In this document: in pieces, positions 50,513 through 64,000 of the stretch
Position numbering within the stretch: the stretch's first letter is position 1
Layout of the letters: the number at the start of each line of letters is the position of its first letter
NCBI RefSeq assembly: GCF_009914755.1
Contig: NC_060947.1
Source of the DNA: the human T2T-CHM13v2.0 reference genome, Homo sapiens
Length of the DNA: 64,000 nt
Direction: 5' to 3' (one strand)
Notes under the pieces: generated by a model
The model's input: only the letters and a program-made list of their open reading frames with translations
What the model was told of the DNA's origin: nothing
Databases searched by the model: none
Translations under genes and position numbers: made by a program

Positions 50513-53329
50513 TTACTGTTTACCTAAGAACTACTGTTTTATCCCAATTTCTAACTGTTCTTCAACTGGCACTGCCTCTTAACCCTTTATCTTTAGTTTC
50601 TTTATATCAAGCAGTTGATGACCTATATAAAAACACTTAAAACCACCACAGGAAACACCTATTTAAAGGAAGCCTGCAGTGATTTAAAGAATTCTTTTTT
50701 GATGTTGACAATTATCCCTGGTTTGTCTGTTTTATAAGGAATGAGTTCTCTGTTTTTAAATGCATAGACAGACAGGGTATGGACAGAAGAAATAAAATAG
50801 GCAACAACTGGTTTTTGTACAAACAAGGTAAAAAAAGAAGATAAGAATGAGGGGTGGTGGGTGGTCAGGAAGGGAGTGGCAGAGAACCACATGCTAAATT
50901 AGTCACTAAGACTTTATATTTCAAAAGTAAACTCAAATACTAAGATATATAAATGGAATAACAACTACCTAACCTTCAGGCTGTAATTAAAGTGTTGTCC
51001 AATTTAAGACTCTACAACTTGAGGACATGTGAGGGCCTTGGAGAGATTTCAGAATAATAAAAAGATAAAAGGGTTAAAAATGAGCCAAGTAAGGAAAAAT
51101 TAGAACTTATTATATCTAAGAAGAGAATACTAAGGGTGACTCAACAGTTTTCAAGGATATGAAGAAATATCCATTTCAGTGAGCAGCTGTTCTACATTTC
51201 CACAAAAGAAAGTAATTTTACTTAAATTATTACAGCATATATTTCAACATAGAAGTAGGAATATCTTCAACATAGAAGTATCTCATGTAGGATAACTATC
51301 AACTCCAGAGAAGCCTGAATGTTATCCACCTCTCCCACCTTTACTGGCTTAATTCCTTGTCTCAAAGAATGGGTCAAAGGGTAGATAAGGCATCTTTGGA
51401 ATGTGAAGATTTAGACTTCTTTTGGGTCTAGCTATGTTCAAAATTTTTCGTTAGCCTCTGTCCCCCAGGTTCCAGCATAAGGTTAAGCCCTTTCTGCACT
51501 ATAGATAAAGGGGATTAATTAGTGGTAAACATGCAAATACCCATGTAAATTAGAATTCCTTATCAAAGAAAAGTATGCTTCTCCTCAGTGTTAATGGGTA
51601 AGAGGGTTTGGATTTAGGATTCTTGCCTGGCCCAGTTAATGTGCCAAAATGGCCAATTTGACATCCAAGGGAGATTTACCTGGCCTGATATTTTTAAAAA
51701 AGAAAAAGACTGGACAACTAACCAGATGTGCCTGAATCTCTTACTCTGTCTCTAGCATTTTCCTGCCTTGTATAGACATCTCTTCATTTTGTTTTGAGGC
51801 TGGAGTGCAGTGGTACAATCATGGCTCACTGCATGGCTCACTCCACAACCTCCTGGGCTCAAGCAATCCTCCGGCTTCAGCCTCCCAAGTAGCTGGGACT
51901 ATCATGTGCCACCATACCTGGCCAGATTTTTAATTTTTTTTTTTTTTTTTTTTTTGTAGAGATGAGATCTCACTCGGTTGCCCAGGCTAGTCTCCAACTC
52001 CTGGGCTCAAGCAATCCTCCCAAAGTGCTGGGATTACAGGCATAAGCCACCACGCCCAGCTAAACATCTCTTCAACTGAACTCTTAAGGTCTACGAAAAA
52101 AGAGAATGTAATATCATATTTTACTTGTACCACAACCACTCCACCCTATCCCCAGCCCTGCTGTTAGCATAGGACCAGACACACAGAAGACTATTAGCAC
52201 TTGTTAAATGAGTTGTCATCTGTCCAAATTTTTGTTAACACTTTATTTTATAGCTGCTTTTCTATTTATTCTGCAGTTCATTCTCTAACACTGCTGCCTA
52301 TGAAGGTTGCATCTCTCTTTACCCTTCCTTTCCTTTATTTCACAGAAATACCCATTCTTCCCTATCCCCTCAGATATTTTTAGTCATCTCATTCATGAAC
52401 TACCAAAAACCTCAACTTCCTCACAGCCCCCACTCTTCTACTTAGAACCAAATACTGCTAAGTAACATTAATTTCCTTTTTTTTTTTCTTTTGAAATTTT
52501 TTGTAGAGACAGTGTCTCACTCTGTTGCCCAGGCTAGTCTCAACCTCCTGGGCTCAAGCAATCCTCCTGCCTCAGCCTCCCAAAATGCTGGGATTACAGG
52601 CATGAGCCAACCACATTCAGCCTTAATTTGCTAATGTTTTGAACACATCACTTTCTGTACCTTCTTTCCATGTTGAGCTACATCAAAACTAGCTTTGATT
52701 TTCTAAATGACAAGACTGCTACCTCCCCTCATTCCAACCCTTGCCAAAACCCACTCTGTGTAGGGAAACCATTTCAGAGCTCACTGGTCAGATGAATATC
52801 CACCCACCAAAAGTTCTGAGAGTTCACCCACCTTTCTGCCTGTGTCAAATTTATTTGGGAAAAAAAACAGTGTCAGTTGAGATAAAAAGCCTATAGAAGA
52901 AATGTTTGTTGGTGTTGTGTGGGTGTGTCAGAGGATGAACACATGCATGTGTGTTTATGTACATGTATTACATATGCAGACACACACATACACACATACA
53001 CACACACATATATAATAAATATATTCTGCCCAAATTAGCACAAACCCACAAGCTTAAAAACCAAATCTGCTAAATCTGACTCAAACAACAGGTACTGAGC
53101 CTACAGCTACTTCCTGCAAGCAGATGCATTACCTCTGTGACAAAGTCAGTTGTGAGTTGCAAAAAGGATAGGTAAATATCATTAAGATAAGTTAAGATTC
53201 TGCTTTCTAAAAAAATTTAAATGCAAAACATTACCTCAGGACACTGGCCACACTGTATGATTTCTGCATAATACCCAGCATATCCTAGACACTAAAGAAT
53301 ACTAAATTTACAACTTAAGCAGGAAAACA

Positions 53330-55103
53330 GAGGCTTGCTTCACAGTGGTTTAATATGAACAGAGTTGAATATGACATTGTCTGACAGAAGAATGAACAGT
53401 TTGCTGAATAAAAGCCCCGAGTCAGGATATATATACACAGCAGAAATGGGGCCTCAGACTCTCAGCACTTGTGCACAATGAAAGAGGAAATCGTTTTTAA
53501 AAAATGTCTATAACAGAGGATACAAATCAAAAAGGCAGCAACAACAACATTGGCGAGGTGGGAAAGGGAGCAGAGCCTCTCATTAGGGGCTGCTTAGCCC
53601 CTGGCGCAGGCTCAGCAGCTGGAGAGCTGTCTCAGGGAACTTCAACATTTAGATGGGTTCCAAATCCTATGTCAAAATACAATCCTAATCTCTCTGATCA
53701 GGGTCAGTCAGAATCAGCAATCCTTTTCCCCAGTGCCCTGCATAGAAAACTCCAATCTTTCCATGATAGGGAGTCTAAGCAAAGAGCCCCCACCTCTCAC
53801 CTGGCACCAAAGTTAACTTACTCTCACCCCACCACTTGGGACAGACGTTGGGCCCCAGCAAACAAACCACCCCCTCCAAGACAGAAACCAGGATAGTTGC
53901 CAGCCTCAAGAAGCTGCTTCAAATGTTAAGATTTAGGAAATCCATACCAAGCTGCTATCCATAGTTCAACTTCTGGGGAAAATGCTGGAGTTGCATGAGA
54001 AACAAGTGCAGGCAGTTCAATAACCCTGTGACCACGCTGGGGAGGGCAGCAAAAACTCTTGCCCCTGAGCCCCATTCAACAACTCAAAGTGCTTAGGAGA
54101 AGTCAGAGACTGTGTGGTTGGTTTGTGTGCTTCTGCCCTGTGGCAGCACTAAATGGGATGGGGGAAAGGAGAATGGAAGGAAGACAGTGTTGATGCCCTT
54201 CCCTACCGCGGGTAAGAGCCTAGAAGATAATCCACTCCCACCCTTCAGGGAGTTACCTGGCAGTGGTGAGTTGCCCCCACCCCTCAAGCCACCAAACCTG
54301 CAAAGCTAACCCATAAAGTAGCAAGGGCTTAGGGAGGGAGAACTGCTGGCCCATACTGACTCACCAGCTGATGAGCAAAAATAGGCAGCTAGAGTGGGAG
54401 CCACAAAGGGAGAGGGGCTAGGCAATAGGAGCTCCCCTACTGCCCTATGGCTTTCTTCTGACTCTGAAGCAGCCATAATGATGGGCCCAGAAAACCCACA
54501 CACCCTGCTCCATACAACAGACTGCTTGGACTCTAGGAGGATTACTGCCATGGAAAGCAACAAGGGAGAGAGAAAGCAACAAAAGAAACTGTTAAGAAAA
54601 CTGGGAGCAGGCCTGAAGAAAACAAGGAAAGCTTCTGAGTCTCTACCACCTTTCCAAAAAGGAAAAAATACATGCAGTTAGGAAAGGCAGGGTTTTTCCC
54701 TGCTCAGTGTTCTTGGTTAAACCTAAGAGTAAGAAAAATCCCCTGAACTTGCAGCATCAGTATGTATCCAAGTGCCTCACCAGCACAAGCGCCCCCCTCC
54801 CCCCAGGTTAGCCTTCTGGCATGGGTAAATGCCCAAGAAATTGCCTTCCAGTCTAATCCCCCCACCCACCCACCCCAACCCCAAGCAAAGGGCATCTGCC
54901 TGTGGGTTCCCACCTCTCCTCAGAGAAGAGGATCCTAGCAGAGTGCCCACATGGTGTAGTCAGGTACCAGGGAGCACAATGCCAGACAGTCTATCAGGCC
55001 AGGAGATGGGCAGCCAACTTCAGATCAAAGACAGAGAGAGGCTTAGTGTAAAAACCAATGTCATTTCAGCAGGAAAGTAGAGGGCAGGTGGTGAGAGGGG
55101 CTC
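53330..55103 (-). other. SNX12: SNX12 3'UTR
   Basis: Repeat-free sequence after the stop codon, ending at ATTAAA (53354-53349) followed by U-rich sequence. The end is inferred. Confidence 0.75.
53349..53354 (-). terminator. Probable SNX12 polyadenylation signal ATTAAA
   Basis: tttaat on + strand; downstream minus-strand sequence CTCTGTTTTCCTGCTT resembles a downstream U-rich element. Confidence 0.6.
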
Positions 55104-55206
55104 CTACTGGCGCACCTTCCCCGGGACGTAGTTCCTGTCAATTGCCTCCTCTTGCAGGAACATGTGTAGGCAGCGTTCATTCTGAGCCAGTGGGTGCCCA
55201 GCAATT
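55104..55206 (-). CDS. SNX12: SNX12 coding exon 4 (C-terminus)
   Basis: Acceptor TTTCTTTATAG|A, encodes (K)IAGHPLAQNERCLHMFLQEEAIDRNYVPGKVRQ then TAG. The four exons total 165+96+125+103 = 489 nt, i.e. 162 aa plus stop, with consistent phases. Confidence 0.97.
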
Positions 55207-55537
55207 CTATAAAGAAACCAGGATGGTTATCAGTAGTATTCAGAATCAGAGAGAATTAGCAGAGGGATGGGGATGTGGACAGGGGAAGAAGGGCAAGGTC
55301 AGCCCTGAGGTTCAAGCCAGTAGAGGACAGCAGTAGGGTACCACCTCAACCCTAATATTGTAAAGGGGACGGGGGATAGAGGGGCAAGACAGGGAAATCC
55401 CTAGATATAACCAACATGCAGTGCTTTCTCAGGCCCTGACACACAGGATCAGAATCCTACTCAAAGGAATGGAGTTTTACTGTCCAGTCAGCCCACCACA
55501 CAATTGGCACCACATCATGGTACCCATTATAAAAGGT

Positions 55538-55855
55538 GAGCTGGGTGCGGTGGCTCACGCCTGTAATCCCAACACTTTGGGAGGCCAAGGCAGGTGGATC
55601 ACTTAAGGTCAGGAGTTCGAGACCAGTCTGGCCAACATGGTGAAACCCCATCGCTACTAAAAACATGAAAATTAGCTGGGCATGGTGGCCGGCGCCTGTA
55701 ATCCCTGTTACTCAGGAGGCTGAGGCAGGAGAATCACTTGAACCCAGGAGACGGAGGTTGCAGTGAGCCGAGATCACACCATTGCACTCCAGCCTAGGTG
55801 ACAGAGTGAGACTCTGTCTCAAATAAATAAATAAGTAAATAAAAATAAAATAAAA
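55538..55855 (+). mobile_element. AluS in SNX12 intron 3
   Basis: Full Alu with TSD ataaaaggtgag. Confidence 0.92.
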
Positions 55856-55930
55856 GGTGAGGTAAACAAAACATATAGAAAGACTACGATGGCAAAAGTA
55901 GCAAGTGGAGCCCCCAGGAACTTGGCTTAC

Positions 55931-56055
55931 TTGTTAATAAACTGCTCGAGGCCCTGCCTCCTTTCTTCGATGAAAGACTCCTCAAAGATCCCTTCATCTC
56001 CTCGGAAAGGGAGCTGCCGCTTCAAGGCTTTCCCAGGCAGTGGTGGTACTACAAT
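55931..56055 (-). CDS. SNX12: SNX12 coding exon 3
   Basis: Acceptor CCTGCAG|ATT, 125 nt encoding [41 protein letters not shown] plus AA, donor AA|GTAAGC. Confidence 0.97.
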
Positions 56056-56417
56056 CTGCAGGCACACACAAAATTCCAGCCACATGGGAGAGAGACAGAG
56101 TGGGAATGAGATGGTAAAGCACCGTGTACCTCATTTCTTATTAGGCATAGGGTCCATCCTGTCCCACAGCCAGCAACTTGCAAGAACTAAGACCATAAGA
56201 ACAGTCAGGATGGCTCAGGTCAAAAATTAATCCGTTTCTGTGGGAAGACAGGTTTACCACCTCAAAAGAAGGAAATAAACTCCAAATAATCCTCACTTTC
56301 CTTAACAAGCCACTACCATTCAAGAATTTAGCTAGGATTTTCCTGACACTAGACTTTCCATTTTTAGCACCTACAGGAATTAAGTTGTACAACTTTACTA
56401 GCGACTAAGTGAAGTAA

Positions 56418-56825
<408 letters not shown>

Positions 56826-56942
56826 TAAGAATGTGTTCACCCTCTTCATTCCCTTCAAGACTTTATAGACTGTGGTTGTATGCCCACTCAGCCTATGCAG
56901 AGCTCCTCCTCCAAAGATGCCACACAGAGAACAAGGCCATAC

Positions 56943-57038
56943 CTTGCTATCTCTCTCCAGCTCATTTTTCAGCCACTCAAAGTCACTGTAGCGCCGCCGT
57001 ACGCAGGACTCCTTTAGCTTGAAGATAGGTAGGTTTGT
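56943..57038 (-). CDS. SNX12: SNX12 coding exon 2 (aa 56-87)
   Basis: Acceptor TTCCTTCCATGTAG|ACA, 96 nt encoding TNLPIFKLKESCVRRRYSDFEWLKNELERDSK (PX RRYSDF motif), donor AAG|GTATGG. Confidence 0.97.
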
Positions 57039-57304
57039 CTACATGGAAGGAAAAATTAAAGAAGAAAGATGGTAATGTTCAGCCTGTGGTAGCCACCTGT
57101 CTGAGTAACTTGGACAGGTCCCAATGAAGAAATAGCTCCTATGGATCATGCTCCTATAACCCCTTCAAATCACCACCAGGTAAAAACCAACCCTTACCAC
57201 ATCCAACCTTATCATAGCTGATGATCAGAAGTCCCTTGCTGCTTTGAATTTATCCTACAAGTAGACTTGCAGTAGTATGTAAATATGTACATATAAGAGT
57301 TTTC

Positions 57305-60798
<3,494 letters not shown>

Positions 60799-62029
60799 TT
60801 ATGCTGTACTAGTCATGCCCAAGCTCCCTCAGGTAACTAAGTTCTCCAGCACTGACAATTTCCTGCTTTTATCATATTCTGAAGGACCTAAATTCCATTC
60901 TCCCCCAAAGACATGATTTCACATAGTTCTTATATAGACAAGTGTTTCTCATGTTTTGCTATTCACTTTTCTTTCTTCAGTTTGGACTTTGCCAAACTTG
61001 GAATCTGGAAATCATAATTTCTCAATAAGATTTCAAAGCCCAAGTAGGAGACCACAATTTCTCATTCAATTCACTCCTTCAACAATGAAAGCACATACAC
61101 TCTTTTAGTTCTTCAATGCTGTTTGAGCAGGATGCTGTCCACAGAGAATATTCTGGCCTTTTAGTCTGAGAAGAAAACATAAGGAAAACTAGAAAATGAT
61201 TCTCAAACTGTTTTGCCTATAACCACTTCAAGTGGGCAAAAGATCCTGCAAACCAAGTACTCTATCTGCACATTCCATCCTTGCATTATGGGCTAAGCAC
61301 TAGAGAGTAAAGTCCTCTATCATGCATGCTGGAAGAAGCCACTCCTGGGCAATTCTGAAATGTCATGTATTAAAGTAACTACAGACCAGGGTCAGAATCC
61401 AAAAGGGTAATCTAGGACAGAAAGGGCAAAAAGCCATTCATATACAAAGTACCTAAACGAGAGTCAATAAATACTGAAATAAACATTCTGGATACTTCAA
61501 ATCTAAAGGATCCACATAGAATGAAAGCAGTGACTGACAAGGCACCAATCCCAGGGCCAGGCCAGGTTTCAAGGCGAGACAGCACGTAGTATCTGCGAAA
61601 ACTTAAGCATAAAACATTTCTCTCCTTCAGATGCTGATCCGACACAAGTTAGGAAAGCGCTCGGTCTCAAGGAGACTCCCTTTCTTATTTCTGCTCCCAC
61701 AAGCCTACTGTCTGCCTTTTCTGGAATCTACCTTCCCTTTAATTCAAGGCTTTGCTTTACTCCATTATCCCAGGGAGACCTCATTAGAAAGCAGCCGGCC
61801 TTCCTGCCCTCCCTCTTCAGACTTCTCACAACCTAGTTTAGTTATGGAGCTCAGCGATATATCGCCTTGGCTTTCCATCCCCCAGCCCTCTTCCATCCTC
61901 CCTCCCTTCCTTCAGTCGCTACAGCCGTGATTCCTATCTCCTTGAATTCCTCACTCTAATCTTTTTCCATCCACCCCACCCTATCCAGCCATGCTTCACT
62001 TCCTCATGGGTAGCTTTCCCGCATCCCCG

Positions 62030-62830
62030 TCCGATGTCTCCCTCAGGAGTTTTCTGCATCCTCCGGCCACAACTGAATCGGCAGACCTCGTTCCAAGCCT
62101 ATTATACCCCTAACCCCCAAATGACCCCTAAGGCGTCTTCCCCGCCGTTAGTTGCCCCCGCGGTAGCCTCCCTCCCCCCTCCCGCTCGCGCCGCCCGGTC
62201 CTCCCTCAGCTGTCTCCCTCACCCCGTGACTCACCCGCATGCGAACCTCATAGGTGGTGAAGCGCGCGCGTCCCACGCCCACCGTCTGAGGATTAAAGAT
62301 GTCGATCTCCAGGAAGTTACTTGGCGGCCCGTAAGCGTCGGTCAGGTCCTGCGGCTTCGAGTTAAGGCGCCGGGTATCAGCTACTGCCGTGTCCGACATC
62401 TTTCCGAAGGAGAGCCTGGGACCGGGGAAAGGGGGTGGGGGACAGAGGCCTGAGGCAGGAGCGCGCACGGCCCCTCCCGCTTGCAAAATAACTAGCCAAC
62501 CCACAGGCGGCGGCGGCGCGCACGCGCGCCCACGCACGCACGCGCACGCCGCACGGGCCTGGGCCCCGGGCTCTGAATAGCGGCCGTGCTGACTGCTGCG
62601 CGCCCTGTAGAGTGGAGGCCATATTCAGGCTTCCGGGTGATGTTTGTGGCCACCCGGGAACCTGCATCCCCAATACGCAGTACCCAATACCCTGCCTAGC
62701 AGCACAGGCTGGCTCCGCCAATCGCGGCTCCTCAACCCAAGAAATTGTCTCGTACCGTGTATCAATCAACAGTGGGCACTGCCCCGTGAGCCAGGCTCCT
62801 ACAGTGATAGGCCGAAGCCCAGTGACCTGA
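62030..62830 (-). promoter_or_regulatory. SNX12 CpG island and promoter
   Basis: Dense CpG around exon 1. NRF1-like GCGCACGCGC at 62518-62527, YY1-like GGCCATATT near 62617, ETS CCGGAAG (minus) near 62630, CCAAT near 62718. Confidence 0.85.
62235..62399 (-). CDS. SNX12: SNX12 coding exon 1 (aa 1-55)
   Basis: ATG at 62399-62397. Translates MSDTAVADTRRLNSKPQDLTDAYGPPSNFLEIDIFNPQTVGVGRARFTTYEVRMR and ends at donor CGG|GTGAGT. Recognised as the SNX3/SNX12 N-terminus and start of the PX domain. Confidence 0.97.
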
Positions 62831-63751
62831 ATAAGTCCTGGTTTTCCGCGAAAATAGAAGGGTGGTCTATGGAGGGTGGGGTTCCAACAATAGTACTGAG
62901 AACCTATAACGTAGCCGTCCCACCTGTGCCACTGATGGTTTCAGTTCACGCCACACACAATGGCGCACTCAGCACTACGTATGGCGCCAGGAAAGCAGCA
63001 AGCAACTAGGATGGGGTAAAGAAAGACATTTCTCTCTTACTTTTCAGGAAAATTGGGCATATCTTACTCCTTGTTGCCACACTCCAGGTGTACTCAATCT
63101 TACATTTATCAGCAAATTGAGGGTACTTATTTCATACCTTCTATTTCTACTCCGCAGAACTCCATACTTGGCACTGCTCTGAGGTTGCTTGCAACCCATA
63201 ATGGAGATAGAATAAATGTTTACATGAGAATATCTATAGAAATATTAATATTTATATGACTAATTTACATATGCTCCACATTAAAGGGTAGACTGGGTGA
63301 TGATTTCAGGTCATCCTTTCTCCACCTTTCCCCTGCCCTCCTCTACTCAAAAAATATTTCCCATATCACTGATGCCTGAAATTCTTTCAACAGAGTATGA
63401 GGCCCTACAATTTCACAATTGCTGTTTAATTCAATTTAACCAATATCCACTAAGCAAATACGTGCCAAGCACCATGCTAAACACTAAAATCCTGGAGTTA
63501 AATAAGAGTCCCTGCCCTCAAGGAGTTAACATTCTAGCAAGGGAGACAAGTAAACAAAACTAATATAATGCGACAAATACAAAATAAGTAAATGTTCAAA
63601 GCAGCACATAGGAAATGTATAACTGGAAAAATTAGGGGAGGTTCCCCTGGAGGAGGAAACATCTGAGTTTAACAGACATGAAAAGACATAAAGGACAAAT
63701 AGGAGTGGAAATAGGGAAAGGTAATTTCTGGAATAAGAAACAGCATATGCA

Positions 63752-64000
<249 letters not shown>

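Noticed and set aside
51243-51280. 15-bp direct repeat ttcaacatagaagta, and a similar one near 49815-49850
   Set aside because: Minor local duplications inside old repeats; counted only in the clustering finding.
53504-55336. Antisense and 3'UTR ORFs of 64-130 aa
   Set aside because: No domain similarity; expected by chance in a moderately GC-rich UTR.
61855-61866. Palindrome gcgatatatcgc in SNX12 intron 1 (approximate position)
   Set aside because: A single 12-bp palindrome is expected by chance in 64 kb.
62148-62537. 129-aa ORF as a complete protein
   Set aside because: It is SNX12 exon 1 extended into the 5' leader and intron 1.

Overview
Primate (most likely human) genomic DNA, very rich in Alu and L1 repeats. 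From my recall of SNX12's location, this is Xq13.1. The only intact protein-coding gene is SNX12 on the minus strand: four coding exons at 62399-55104 splice to a 162-aa PX-domain sorting nexin, with a CpG-island promoter at about 62.0-62.8 kb and a 3'UTR of about 1.8 kb. The downstream 50 kb holds three minus-strand retrocopies: NUTF2, U1 snRNA, and a near full-length SOCS5 later interrupted by an L1 and several Alus. It also holds old L1M, L2, L3/CR1, MIR, MLT2, Tigger and MADE1 relics. The most notable items are: (1) an antisense Alu about 24.7 kb downstream that can supply an alternative SNX12 C-terminal exon ([13 protein letters not shown]); (2) an orphan CpG-retaining, CCAAT-rich promoter-like island at about 47 kb; (3) exon-like segments in repeat-free islands; and (4) several small templated-insertion repair scars. 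Nearly all ORFs in the supplied track are repeat-derived artefacts. I do not see a supportable new biological system; the speculative items are labelled as such. Repeat boundaries and subfamilies were called by eye and are approximate.
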